DNA of 62,591 nucleotides, filler included, from Stramenopiles sp. TOSAG23-3 (GCA_900128585.1; 4 parts of 4 records of this genome joined end to end with filler, not necessarily neighbours in it); one strand, 5' to 3'; shown: positions 35,546-47,082, counted from the first letter of the whole stretch. A program made the numbers and translations. The notes: generated by a model from the sequence alone, not told the origin.

Positions 35546-38500
35546 CTAACGACCAACAGTTTCTGAACTCCTTCGGGCGCGGGACGTTGGGCCTCTATCT
35601 TCAGAAGACTCCGAGGACTTTCGGCTTCGCCGACGTTCCGCTTTCTTCAAAAGGTACCTTCTGCGTAAATATTTTTTAACTCTCCACATGACTATCAACG
35701 CTATTGTACCCACTATACTGACTGCGACAATATAGTTTATCGTGTTTCTCTCAAAATCAGTGGGCACTTTGATCTTTAAATGGCACGTGTAGAAATTTTC
35801 TTTTTCATCAATCATGCCCATGAAGCCATCTTCACAAGTTCCCTCGGGCCCAAATTCAAACCCTGGCGCAAGTGGCCTTTCTAAGTCATCTTGCCACGGA
35901 ACATGTCGAGGCTCGCTCTCGAAACACAAGCATGTGCAGTAATTTGGTTTTGTACAATTTCCCTGACCTATTTTAAACTTCCCCCATTCCCGGGGAGCAT
36001 CGTCTTGCACGTTAGTACGGCACGGGTCCAGCTCAAAGTCTAATACTCTTTGGGGATCGATTGTCTGCAAATCTTCTACCATCTCCGCATCGGCCATGGC
36101 AGTACATATCGGCGTCATGCAATCAAAGCCTTCCCAACCCTCCGCGCACGTGCAGTAATCTGGGGCAGTGCAATTTCCAGCATTGGCACAGCGATAGCAC
36201 CCTTGGCCACCCGCCGCGACACCGAGGCATTCTGGATCGAAAAACCCCTGGGCACAGATAGGCATGGAGCAATCGCTTCCACCGTAACCAGTCAAGGGCT
36301 GGTATGGTGGGAAAATTGGGAAGTCTTTCACATCAGAATTCACAGTGTACAATATTGATTCGGTTGTAATGCAGCCGCAATCGTCTTTTCCCTTACAAAT
36401 TCCGCCATTTAGACAGCCGACAACTTCACCAGTAGACACATATTTGTCTGTCTGGATGTGCCGGCAAAGCGGAGTGTTGCAGTCAATGCCACCAAACCCA
36501 TCCGCACAAATGCATAAATCCGGGTGAATACAGGATCCTCTGTTGTAACAAGCATACACCCCTTCTCCTTTCGGGTCCCCCTTGGGATCCTTGATGTAAT
36601 CTTCCGGCGGTACCTTTACATAAGCCTTGTGATTCACCCTGATGCGACGCCCGCTTCGCCTGTTCGGGTTTGACTGCGTGTAAGGATTTTCTTCAAACTT
36701 AATGGACATGTTCTGCTCTTTGAAATCCCCTTCTTGCCATGCCAGAACACGGCACAAATGTTGCGAATCTGTCCGTTCCCACGAATTGTGGTATTTCAGT
36801 CCCGACGCGTAGCCTTTAATCCTGTGCGCCCTTCCAGTACCCGCGAACCGGTATACGTGCCCGGGGGGCGACGTGCCCAATGTGGGCTTGATGGTTTCTT
36901 CCGCACAACCGGCCTGAAACGAGCCACCGTCGTTTGATATCACATCCCCATCACCGATGGCCCACTGACCGCCTTTGGACAATGCATCCAGAATGGCGCC
37001 ATACACGCCCTCCCCTAGAATCTTCTTCTCGCTCATAAGCACTAAATTATTAACGGGCTCATTCCCATATATGACTCCATACAACGGAATTGCCATAAAC
37101 TGGTTGATCATTTTTAATTCAGCAGCCGTTTTTCCAGCTTTATATTCGTTGCATATGGAACTGGTGCACACAGCTGGATCCAGGTAGCAGGTAAACGATG
37201 AAGCTGCGTTGTCAGGGTAAACGCAGTCGTTAATATTGTTGGGATAATTATAGTCCCGCCCACCAAGACGCGTTAATTCCTGCCCAGCCTGAACATTCAA
37301 AATAAATTCCTTCGCTTGAACGCATATTGGAGTAGCGCAATCATACCCGGTCCACCCGGTGTATTGGGGATCGCCTGTTTCTTGCCGGTATATAGGACGC
37401 CCCCCGCCTTCTCTGGCATCACGCCAGAGGTTCCACCACTGAGAGCACTGGCAAACGTCTGGTGCCACACATTCTCCGCCATTTGCACATTCTTGCGCAC
37501 ACAGAGGTTTCCCGCAATCATGACCTGACCAGCCCTTTTCACAAGTGCACAAATTAGGAGCGGTACAGTTCCCGTTGTTTTTGCAAGGCTGCACACAAAC
37601 CGGCACGCTGCAATCAAAACCGGTGTAGCCCGGGGCACACAAGCATCTTCCTGGGGCGATGCACGTGCCATTGTTGTAACAACCCCGAATGACGAAGTCT
37701 AGGCATTGGCCTCCAGCATCGTTCCAGCGGCCAATTGCTCGTTGAAACTGGTTTGTACTTGCTGCTCGGGGGCGAAATGCAGCATCGGTATTTTTTACGG
37801 GGATACCGTACCTTCTTGTTCGAGAATCAATGGCTTTTGCATGATCAACGCTTCCCTGCTGCTTTGTGTAAACGGACAGAGTTGTTCCCGGCCCCGTGTA
37901 TACTGGCGGCGACCCTGCTGTTTTCCCGCCAGTCAACGTGCACACAATTTTACGGTCGTCGTCGCAAGCTATGGCCTTTGGACCATACGTAAAACCATTG
38001 TAGTAATCTGCCGAAACCTCCAGAGGCACTAAATTTCCAAAATTAGACAAAAAAGTTATTTTCCAAATATGCCCGTAGCACCCAGAGGAATCGCAACCTT
38101 CAAAGGGGAACGGGTACGTAGACGGGATATCTGACAGGGTAGATATGTCATCTTTTGTTACTTCTACTCCGCCAATGGAATACAGTTCTTCTAGTTCAGT
38201 TCGTAAGGCTCGCGCGGTCGTGAGTGCGCTGATGTCACCGGATACGTGCCCACGATTCAGCAAATACCCAGAAAATGCTTTCCCATCAACATACGGAGCC
38301 TTCAGCCTGTAGTACAGGTTCAAAAAGTTCTGTTTTCGAACTGTATCGTCCGGCTGCTCTGTTGACTCGTCCTTGCTGAGCGGGTTCTCGTACAGGAGAG
38401 GCAACAATATTGTGGGTATTGCCGTCTTCGCGGCATCTATGTCGCGTTGTCGCAGTTGCCCAGAATCCAAATAATGAACAATAGCCGCACCTGCAGTCCC

Positions 38501-41500
38501 TATTACCATTTTCGTAATTCCCGAACAGGTGGGGTGTGAGATGCAAACCTGCATGTGCGTCTCAGGCCACCCACTCAAATCCCAATATGTATTGTACATA
38601 GCGAGTGTGTAGGGGGAAACATGGCCAGCACCAGTGTAGTAATACGGCAGCGCGTACTCATGGGTCCCCGTAGTGAACCCAAAAGTGCCTTTTGTCCCTG
38701 GGAACATTTTGCACATCGCAAAAGCCATGCACGCTGGCTTGTGAGGGTTCGGGTACCGCACCGGATCGTTGAAGATAGTCAACATTTGATGATGTATGGG
38801 AATGTTTTGTACATAAAGGTTTTCTAACGCTTCTTCGCTCCAGGCGTCGTACTCTACCCGGAACGTACCCCCAATATTAGGGGCATTTGCCGTCATAATT
38901 AGCCATTGGATTTCTTGTGTTCCACAATTTCTCATGTACTCAACATCACATTTTCCTTTTCGCCACACAGTATCCCCGTGCCATTCCCAAATTCCACGGC
39001 GCAAATATCCAATATCCGTATTGTCTAAACTATTTGGCTCGCCCGTTACCATATGTAATCGAGGGAACCCTCGGTTGTCCCAGTAGTAAACGTGGTCGTC
39101 TTCCCCTCGTGACTTTATCTGCTTTAGCTGACCTTTTGTGTTAATTTGTGCTGCTCCTTCAAGTTTCAATTGCGGCCCATCCATGTACCGTGAGTAGTAG
39201 TTTGGGTGCGAATGTATGTATGAAGCGTTCTCCCATTGTGTGATAATACGTGCAGAACAGCTGTACCACCCTTGGGGCACAAACGTATTCACGGGGTCAC
39301 TGGGATCGGCTGGGAACCCGTAGCGCTCGGACCACACTGGGGCTTGATTGTCGGGGTGCTCTGGACGCTGGTCTTCTGCAGTTAAGTCCGGAAATCTCTC
39401 AGAGAAGCGCGGCTCGTAATACCCCTGTGCACAAACGGGGATTCTACAATCGAAACCAATGTACAAATCTTTCCCGTTCTCATCCTTTGCACAACTGCAT
39501 TTCCCAGGCTCTACACAACTACCACCGTTCGAACACCCGTAGACGCCTTGGACAATTTCACGTAATTCCACAAACACAACAACTCGGTCAGCGTCGGACG
39601 CTAACGGCGAAGACCATTCGTTGTCTCCCATGAATTGATACGACGTGCGTGGAGGCTTTCGCCAATGCGGCGTAACTCGGTGGAAGTGATCAAGGTATTG
39701 ATAAGAAGCGTCAGTCGTTATGGCAAGTTCCATCGGGAGGCATTTGCTCACGGAAGCTCTTAGACGACCGGTGGCGTTACCCGCTAGTGGGCCAGTTTTC
39801 GGTCGTATCACTGTAGACAACCGTTCGGTTTGGTTACAATCAAAACCGTTTGTTTCGCGGCACCATTCATCCCATTGGCACGGGACATACGTTTGCCACG
39901 TGTATGCAACACCACCGGCGTTGGCTCTATTGGAAGGGTCGGCCACAAACGCCCCTTGCGTACAGACAGGCTTCGAACAGTCATATGACGACCAGTCATC
40001 GGTGCACTGGCAAGTGTTTGGAGCAACACATTTCCCGCCATTGAAGCAGGTCTGATCACACACGGGCGTGCGACAGGCGTTCCCTTGCCACTCCTTTGGG
40101 CATGTGCAAGTGTCAGGACCAGTACAATTTCCACCGTTCCCGCAAGTTTGGTAGCATGTTGGGGTCGTACAATTTGGATCAAACCATCCGTAGGCACACG
40201 TGCAAGTGTCGGGAGAAGAGCAACTCCCGCCATGTTCACATTCTTGGACGCACAATGGCGTCATGCAGTCGTTCCCAGTATAACCGGGAATGCATGCAAA
40301 CTCGTCGGGCCCCACACAAACCTTGCGGTCTGGGGGTGTAGAGGTACATATAGGAGAACTGCAATCTTCTGCGCCCCAGCCAGTCGGGCATTCACAAAAG
40401 TTTTCCATCAGGCATACTCCTCCATTCTCACACACTTTCGTGCAAACCGCAGTAATGGTGCGTATTGCATGATTGTTTTGATCCACTAAATACAAAAGCG
40501 ATTCGTTCGAAAGTGCAGCTCCGGGGGGAACAGCTACATCTATCAGCCCATTAAATTTCGTTTCAGTCGGAGGGCGGCCATCTTTGTAGCCGCGCACGTC
40601 GTCTAAAATGGCTCCGGGCATGCCAGCAACACTTTCTACAACTACTCTTGCTTCTGGTAATTGGAATGTTTGAAACGTGCTAGGCCACGGAAGTGCACGG
40701 GCAGTGGATACGATTCCATTTTTGGTGGTAGAGGCAAAGGACAATTTTTCGCCAACAGTGTTTACGGCAACGTTCCCACCTATATCGTTGTCAACCTGGC
40801 CGTCATGGGTCGCCGCGGTGCACACTGAAGAAAAATCAGTGTACAAAACGTCGCCTACAACGAGCGCACTTTGCGAAGCGCAGCCTTTGGGGCAATTCAC
40901 AATGAATTGCGTATTGAAACCAGACTCTTCCATTGCATACGTTTTTCTACCCGTGATCTCATCTCGAAAGTATCCGGTGCCACCATCATGTGCGATGGTT
41001 TTCGAATCACTTGTGGGCCCATAGTCTGGGGGTTTAGGACCCTGGCAGTTCATGATTCGTTTTCCTAAAGGCTCGCCACCAGCATCGGCCGAAACCATGT
41101 CATTGGTAGTCAAGTACATCCCAAGATTATAATAAATGTTGCCCGCTGTTGGGGTACCTTTCAAATACATGGCATCTTCAGGAGGGTCATAACTTGCGCA
41201 GCCGGAGGGGCGCTTTAAGTTGAACGCCGAGGTAAAACAATCCAACTTCGGTGCCAGCTGCAACGATCTTCCTATTCTGCGCAATCTTGACCCAACGTAA
41301 TCAGCGACGTAGATAGTTCCAGCATGTGTCATTGCAATGCCCCTCGGATTGTTAAATGAAGTTAACGGGCCAGAACCATCTTGCTTTCCTGCCGCCATTT
41401 GTCCGGCAACCGTACTTACCCGATTGTAAGACTTGATATTCTGTACAAAGCTAAATCCTTCTGTGGTTATGCGGCGCACACGATGTCCGTCGGTAATCAA

Positions 41501-43111
41501 AACTGTATTGTTCAGACCAATTGTAACATCTCGTGGGTACGCGAATTGTGCATAATACAACGACCCATCTCGGTGCCCTTGAACTCCATGCAAACACGGG
41601 GGAGGGCATCCGTAAGTATCATCCATGTCATCACCGTTGAAAAAATGTGTGGTATTACCAGCTGCAGTGCTCGTTGTTCCATCTTTCTCCACCCGCCGAA
41701 TTAGATGATTGATTGTGTCGGCTACGAACGAAATTCCCGTGGCAGTTGTTGCTATTCCGGACGGACTATCAAAGCGCGCTTCGACAGGGCTGCCGTCTCG
41801 GTACCCTTGCATGGGGGCCATATTCTTGTGCCCACTTAATGTGGAGACTTGCCCATTTCTAATCTCTCGGATTCTATGGTTTGCGGTGTCCGCAACGTAA
41901 ACCACCAGCGTCGCGTTGTCATACCACATGGATATTCCCTGCGGCTTGTTAAACGTTGCCGATAGTGCAGGACCGTTGTCATACCCTCCTTCATGAGTAC
42001 AAATCCCAGCGAAGGTTGAGACAATACCGTCTTTGTCAACTCTTCTGATGCAGTTGTTCCCCATGTCGCAAACATATACATTTAAGTCCTCGTCAACAAC
42101 GGCAGCAGATGGAAGGTTAAATTTTGCAACGTTTCCTGGGCCATTTTGAAACCCTTTGCCGTTGCCCCCGGCCAGAGTTGCAACTATACCTTGGGCATTA
42201 CCACTTTCTTTTGACCAAGACCAGCGGACCCCGAAGGGTCCGGCAGGGTAGGGCTGCGGCGGGGGCTGATTATATCCCCAGCATCGAGTAGCACATTTTG
42301 AATAATCAACTGCGTCTGGTTTTGGGTCCGTGCACACACCACCAGAAAGCATCAAACACACACGGGACGTCTGTGAATTCCCAAAGTCATTCCTGTGAAG
42401 GCCACCTACTGCCCATGGAGTGTCTGACAGACTGGGTATATTTTTCGGGAGTTTGTTCCAGTCAACTCCTTGCAATTGCATTTGGCACTTTTTATCTAAA
42501 TTGGAACCGCAGAGTATTTCCATGCAAATGTGACACTTACTTCGGGTTCCAAACGCGCCACAAACATGCCCTAAGTTTTGAAAATTGTTCATCGTACGGC
42601 CCTTAAACGCAAGGCCTTGGGCCGCCATTCCTCCCGACCCAACGTTGGCCTCACCGCTAGTGTCAACAGGCGTGTAAGGGTCAGTGTTGCCCGCAATGCT
42701 TACGTCATATTTCCTAATTTTGAATGCATTTTCGGTGCGGTCTCGGACTTGATAAATTACGTTATTGATCGATGGCATTCCAGTTTCTCCAGTGAGGATC
42801 ACAAAATCACCATCTAAAAACCCGTGCTTTGCTGAATGCACCATTGCTTCTGTTGACTTGGTTACATTCTGGTACGGGTGAAGATTTCGTTGGTAGGAAA
42901 AAGGCCAGTGCGGCTTTGTAACGCTCTTGCACCAGTGTTGTACGATCCAGGCTTTGTGGAGGGTCATGCCCTGCACCACTTCGGGCGCAAAAATATACAT
43001 GGCAAAAATTAGGAATAGAATTTTGACAAAGAATCGGTCATTTCTATAACTGTGAGGCACCTTACGGTGGGAACATTTTATAACGTTCCTTTGCAGAACT
43101 CCCCGCTGCAT
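35546..43111 (-). CDS. Large type I membrane protein: FCCH-like, NHL repeats, LCCL, many EGF-like repeats, C-terminal TM
   Basis: 2521-aa ORF; hydrophobic N-terminal signal; NHL units (FNxPxGI...YVADTANHRIR); LCCL (CPKGC...G...YTDFSSVCTAATHDG...GG...NGIVS); C.NGG.C..P..C.C..GW.G.DC repeats; TM YIVAVSIVGTIALIVMW then basic tail. Confidence 0.9.
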   Translation of the reverse strand: MQRGVLQRNVIKCSHRKVPHSYRNDRFFVKILFLIFAMYIFAPEVVQGMTLHKAWIVQHWCKSVTKPHWPFSYQRNLHPYQNVTKSTEAMVHSAKHGFLDGDFVILTGETGMPSINNVIYQVRDRTENAFKIRKYDVSIAGNTDPYTPVDTSGEANVGSGGMAAQGLAFKGRTMNNFQNLGHVCGAFGTRSKCHICMEILCGSNLDKKCQMQLQGVDWNKLPKNIPSLSDTPWAVGGLHRNDFGNSQTSRVCLMLSGGVCTDPKPDAVDYSKCATRCWGYNQPPPQPYPAGPFGVRWSWSKESGNAQGIVATLAGGNGKGFQNGPGNVAKFNLPSAAVVDEDLNVYVCDMGNNCIRRVDKDGIVSTFAGICTHEGGYDNGPALSATFNKPQGISMWYDNATLVVYVADTANHRIREIRNGQVSTLSGHKNMAPMQGYRDGSPVEARFDSPSGIATTATGISFVADTINHLIRRVEKDGTTSTAAGNTTHFFNGDDMDDTYGCPPPCLHGVQGHRDGSLYYAQFAYPRDVTIGLNNTVLITDGHRVRRITTEGFSFVQNIKSYNRVSTVAGQMAAGKQDGSGPLTSFNNPRGIAMTHAGTIYVADYVGSRLRRIGRSLQLAPKLDCFTSAFNLKRPSGCASYDPPEDAMYLKGTPTAGNIYYNLGMYLTTNDMVSADAGGEPLGKRIMNCQGPKPPDYGPTSDSKTIAHDGGTGYFRDEITGRKTYAMEESGFNTQFIVNCPKGCASQSALVVGDVLYTDFSSVCTAATHDGQVDNDIGGNVAVNTVGEKLSFASTTKNGIVSTARALPWPSTFQTFQLPEARVVVESVAGMPGAILDDVRGYKDGRPPTETKFNGLIDVAVPPGAALSNESLLYLVDQNNHAIRTITAVCTKVCENGGVCLMENFCECPTGWGAEDCSSPICTSTPPDRKVCVGPDEFACIPGYTGNDCMTPLCVQECEHGGSCSSPDTCTCAYGWFDPNCTTPTCYQTCGNGGNCTGPDTCTCPKEWQGNACRTPVCDQTCFNGGKCVAPNTCQCTDDWSSYDCSKPVCTQGAFVADPSNRANAGGVAYTWQTYVPCQWDEWCRETNGFDCNQTERLSTVIRPKTGPLAGNATGRLRASVSKCLPMELAITTDASYQYLDHFHRVTPHWRKPPRTSYQFMGDNEWSSPLASDADRVVVFVELREIVQGVYGCSNGGSCVEPGKCSCAKDENGKDLYIGFDCRIPVCAQGYYEPRFSERFPDLTAEDQRPEHPDNQAPVWSERYGFPADPSDPVNTFVPQGWYSCSARIITQWENASYIHSHPNYYSRYMDGPQLKLEGAAQINTKGQLKQIKSRGEDDHVYYWDNRGFPRLHMVTGEPNSLDNTDIGYLRRGIWEWHGDTVWRKGKCDVEYMRNCGTQEIQWLIMTANAPNIGGTFRVEYDAWSEEALENLYVQNIPIHHQMLTIFNDPVRYPNPHKPACMAFAMCKMFPGTKGTFGFTTGTHEYALPYYYTGAGHVSPYTLAMYNTYWDLSGWPETHMQVCISHPTCSGITKMVIGTAGAAIVHYLDSGQLRQRDIDAAKTAIPTILLPLLYENPLSKDESTEQPDDTVRKQNFLNLYYRLKAPYVDGKAFSGYLLNRGHVSGDISALTTARALRTELEELYSIGGVEVTKDDISTLSDIPSTYPFPFEGCDSSGCYGHIWKITFLSNFGNLVPLEVSADYYNGFTYGPKAIACDDDRKIVCTLTGGKTAGSPPVYTGPGTTLSVYTKQQGSVDHAKAIDSRTRRYGIPVKNTDAAFRPRAASTNQFQRAIGRWNDAGGQCLDFVIRGCYNNGTCIAPGRCLCAPGYTGFDCSVPVCVQPCKNNGNCTAPNLCTCEKGWSGHDCGKPLCAQECANGGECVAPDVCQCSQWWNLWRDAREGGGRPIYRQETGDPQYTGWTGYDCATPICVQAKEFILNVQAGQELTRLGGRDYNYPNNINDCVYPDNAASSFTCYLDPAVCTSSICNEYKAGKTAAELKMINQFMAIPLYGVIYGNEPVNNLVLMSEKKILGEGVYGAILDALSKGGQWAIGDGDVISNDGGSFQAGCAEETIKPTLGTSPPGHVYRFAGTGRAHRIKGYASGLKYHNSWERTDSQHLCRVLAWQEGDFKEQNMSIKFEENPYTQSNPNRRSGRRIRVNHKAYVKVPPEDYIKDPKGDPKGEGVYACYNRGSCIHPDLCICADGFGGIDCNTPLCRHIQTDKYVSTGEVVGCLNGGICKGKDDCGCITTESILYTVNSDVKDFPIFPPYQPLTGYGGSDCSMPICAQGFFDPECLGVAAGGQGCYRCANAGNCTAPDYCTCAEGWEGFDCMTPICTAMADAEMVEDLQTIDPQRVLDFELDPCRTNVQDDAPREWGKFKIGQGNCTKPNYCTCLCFESEPRHVPWQDDLERPLAPGFEFGPEGTCEDGFMGMIDEKENFYTCHLKIKVPTDFERNTINYIVAVSIVGTIALIVMWRVKKYLRRRYLLKKAERRRSRKSSESSEDRGPTSRARRSSETVGR

Positions 43112-44786
43112 AGTGCTTCCGAACGTATTCGTTACAAATTCTTTACAATACTTACTGGTGCAAGCGTGGACCGAAAAGCTAAATGTGAATCCTCCTTTTT
43201 CAACAGTTTGGCAAGTGCTCCACTCTATTTCTGGGGGCCAAAATCTGTGAGTAGCGTATGCCGTATGTGATTCGTTCGAACATGGTGGTTTGACCCCTTC
43301 GGTTACAAAATACCACCAAATTGTAGAGTTGTACGAAAAATAAAGAACGGAAGAAAAAATAGATTACTTCTGTATAAATTCGAAATTTATTAATAATAAA
43401 AAAATAATATTATTATTATTACTGTGTTTAGTACACACACTACTTCCGCATTATTTGTGTTTTTGTCATCAAATATTATCATTAGTACACTGTTGTAGCT
43501 ACTACTTTTTATTACTTTTATTTTTTGACGACTACTTAGTACTATTACTACTATTTATTGTAGTTAAACACTGCTGTATGTACTATACATTAGGAATACT
43601 AGACCTACTAGTATGAGGACTACTTCCTTCACGTACGTAATAAAGTGACTGCTCACAGTTTGTAGCCACAACAGCAGCATATATCCAGTTTTCCCGACAT
43701 TTCTTTTTGTATACTTACAGTAAAATTAACTACGAAATGGGTTTGATTTATTACACTCTGTCAACTTGACAGCAAAACCTCGCTTCTTTCAAATTGCCAA
43801 GCGATCAATAACGACATTCATTGTACTGCTTGGTTCGAATATGCAGAAAGTCTACAGTATTCGTACTTACTTCATCGCGACGGCATTTTGATAGGTAAAT
43901 ATTAGTAGACAAAAATGGGATTTTTTATTTCCAGAGCGTTTGATTGGTCGAACCAAGTGCTTTTTGTCGCATTTAAAAAAAAGGTGATTTGGAAATCTGT
44001 CGAATGATATGCCTATGTATTTAATTATCCTATCAAGACACATTAGAATACAAAACGCATAGAAAAATGGTAGGTTTCCAAATTCAAGGACAAAAAGCAC
44101 TTGGAATAATCACTCTGTAGCTGCACTGTAGTATTTAATAGGAATTCTAAAGGCTGATCGAATTCAAATCACCCTTTTGGAAGCTTTCTGGTGTATTATT
44201 CCAATTATTAGAGTCCCAAAGGGGGTATTTGTAGGTCTAAAATGATAAAATAATAAAAAGTGGAAACATTGATTACTTTACTCAACGTGGACTCTATTGT
44301 TTTATCTGTACTTTTATAATGAAAAAAAGTATTCTACAGTCTACAGTCTACACAGTACCGGTACAAAAAAAAATGGTTTTTGTACAGTAAACTTCTCAGT
44401 AGTAGTTAGGCTAATACAATAAAAATTTTATTACTTAAAAAATATTTGTTGATGAAATTATATTATATTAATAATGATATACCTCCTCCTCCTCTACCTC
44501 CTACCTCTTCCTTCTCTTCCTCATTGTGTTGTGTTATTTGTTATTGTTGAAAGAAATGAAATGGTAGTAAAATTATCGTTATTAGGATAAAAGTCGTTTA
44601 TTGGTTTTTGTGTTTGCTGTTTCGCTGCAAGTTGATCGAAAATCCATTTACAGTTCAATCTCTCCTTTTTCCTTGGGTAGAAAAGATAAACATGCATCAT
44701 CCTGCCCTTAAGTAGTATCTGCGACTAGGGTAGTGGAAATTCGTGGAAATAACTCTAGTGTGCGTTTTTTTTTCATTTTGCTTGCC

Positions 44787-46010
44787 ATGGCGGCACGTGT
44801 CAGGACGTCACGCAAACTCAGTGCTTTGCGAAGCCCGCCTTACTGTTTGCCGTGTTTTTTGTTTGTGGGCCTTCTCTTTGTTGTCGGAGGCGATTTTATT
44901 TACGACGATTTTGAATCCACAATTGGGATAGATTTCAATGGCGCAGCTTCAACTTCATCCTGTGATGAAGGGAAGCGTCTGGCGTACCAAACACAGCATG
45001 GGAGTGCAGACCAGAATATTGAGATACCACCGTCCACGTCAGAGGAGGATACCAATCAAGCAAAGTTTCAAGAGGTAGTGATGGACGACAAAACTGTCAA
45101 AACGTCTACAGTTGCAAAAGAGACATCGATTCTGGGCCATCGGGAAACATGGGGGAAATCGTTTTATACAGGCTGCCGGGTGCGACTTCGCTTGACCCCG
45201 TCTGAGCCGGGAAAAGTTGGATCTGTGTGGCACGCGAGACCGGTGGCCGTGTACCTAGGATTTGAAACAAAGTTTAAGTTTCAGATCGTCGATCCGTCGC
45301 GCACCTGCACATTAGTTAAAGATCGACAATTTAGTACACAACATCACCAAAGCTGTATGATACACGGAGGGGACGGTTTCGCTTTCGTGTTGCACGGAAA
45401 TCCTGACCGTACACGGACGCTGGGAAACCCTGGAATGGATATGGGATACGGTGGAATTGTCAATTCGATAGCGTTTGAGTTCGATACCTGGTGGAACCCA
45501 GTCAATGGCGACTTGTTTGACGATCACGTAAGCATTCAAGCGCGTGGACCAAAACTCGGAAATCACCCGGGCGAGATCGCCCGTCTCGTTATTGCTAAGA
45601 ATATATCTTTGGCAGATGGAAAAGAGCATGTCGCAAAGATTGTTTACTTTCCATACATTAATTATGATTATGCAGAATACTTCACTGCAGTCGACAACCT
45701 TCGGGAGTTTATCTTGGACAATGAAGAAAATCGGCGGGTTGGCACTTTATTGCTATTTTTAGACGACATACCGGACAATTCGACAGATTTGCGTGCAAAG
45801 CCAGTTCTGGCGATACCAATTAACTTAAGTGCTGTGTTAGAACTGCGCGAGGGAACTGCGTGGGCAGGGTTTACCGCTAGCACCGGGCGCCAATTTCAAA
45901 AGCACGACATTATCAGTTGGCAGTTTTGCGAGGATTACAAGCAATGCGGGTTTAACCTGAAAAATACATTCGATTATCACCAGACAGATATGGAGTACCA
46001 CCATCGTTAG
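44787..46010 (+). CDS. Secreted L-type (legume-like) lectin domain protein
   Basis: RLTP...VGSVW, GFETKFKF, GGDGFAFVL, SIAFEFDTW, AWAGFTASTG, HDIISW; hydrophobic N-terminal segment; first ATG at 44787. Confidence 0.88.
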   Translation: MAARVRTSRKLSALRSPPYCLPCFLFVGLLFVVGGDFIYDDFESTIGIDFNGAASTSSCDEGKRLAYQTQHGSADQNIEIPPSTSEEDTNQAKFQEVVMDDKTVKTSTVAKETSILGHRETWGKSFYTGCRVRLRLTPSEPGKVGSVWHARPVAVYLGFETKFKFQIVDPSRTCTLVKDRQFSTQHHQSCMIHGGDGFAFVLHGNPDRTRTLGNPGMDMGYGGIVNSIAFEFDTWWNPVNGDLFDDHVSIQARGPKLGNHPGEIARLVIAKNISLADGKEHVAKIVYFPYINYDYAEYFTAVDNLREFILDNEENRRVGTLLLFLDDIPDNSTDLRAKPVLAIPINLSAVLELREGTAWAGFTASTGRQFQKHDIISWQFCEDYKQCGFNLKNTFDYHQTDMEYHHR

Positions 46011-46982
46011 CGCCGCACGTGCATAATGTTTATACTTTAAAGTATTAATTTCGTATGATACATACATTAATTATGACAAAAGCATTTTGAAAAACAAAAT
46101 TAAATAGTAGTAGTTAATTATTTAAAATAAAAGAATACAGCAGTAGTAATTTTAATACTGTAGTATTTGATTGATTATTATCATTAATATTTATAATTAT
46201 TATTAATACAATGTACTGCAGTACAGTACACCAATCGATATTTTAATATTTATTATAAAATATTATTTAAAATAAACAGAACAAAACAAAGGAATAAAAA
46301 GAAATAACCTGCCAATAATAAAAATATTGTTTCTTCTTCTTCTTCCGACTTATAATTGCTTATACCACCCCGTTCTTCGGATACTCACCTGTAGTGATAT
46401 TATAACTACAGTATTATAATACAACTACCGATGTAAAAAAAATAATACCACCAAGAAAAAGAAGAACCTGGTGGTGGTTTTATTTATTTTACCTGTACTT
46501 CATAGGCGAGGGGAAATTTCCAGAATCCTTTAAATTGAAATAATACCATTTTAACACTAATACAGCATTAATGGTATTACAATATATAAAACAGCCTTAA
46601 TACAGTGCTTGGATAATGTACTTATACGTATTCTTACACATCTCTGTACCTATATCTGATCGACCCAGTCGTGATGAAAAAAATATAGTCAGTAAAATCA
46701 ATTATCCAATATAAACCAACAATTGCTCTTGACTTTGCATATGCACTATATGTTCAACTATATAAACAAATAAGCGTTTTACAAGATTTTAACCATGCAT
46801 GTACTCATTTCAATTCCTAATATTTCCTTTTGTATCATTCTTAGTTTACAATTTTATTCCATTTTACTTCCTGTACCCCCCTATTTTCTGCCCACTGCTT
46901 GCCAGGCCATCAGACCACACGCCAACTAGGACATTTTTCATTGCACAGCGCATTGTCCAAATGTTAACAAAATGGTCTCCGT

Positions 46983-47082
46983 NNNNNNNNNNNNNNNNNN
47001 NNNNNNNNNNNNNNNNNNNNNNNNNNTTAATTAATTAANNNNNNNNNNNNNNNNNNNNNNNNNNNNNNNNNNNNNNNNNNNN
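46983..47082. other. Artificial contig spacer
   Basis: N44-TTAATTAATTAA-N44. Confidence 0.95.

Noticed and set aside
43600-44300. Moderately GC stretch with palindrome CTGTCAA-C-TTGACAG as an ncRNA or gene
   Set aside because: No convincing ORF, tRNA or snoRNA features; a single 7-bp stem is expected by chance
46292-46331. Further copy of the convergent repeat (aaataacctgccaat)
   Set aside because: Only a short partial match in AT-rich DNA; not counted
46381-46391. U1 snRNA 5' end (ATACTCACCTG)
   Set aside because: One mismatch to ATACTTACCTG and AT-rich downstream sequence with no U1 stem-loops
15713-47038. TTAATTAATTAA palindromes as biological repeats
   Set aside because: Each is centred in an identical 100-nt N spacer; it is an assembly linker, so adjacency across it is not evidence of linkage
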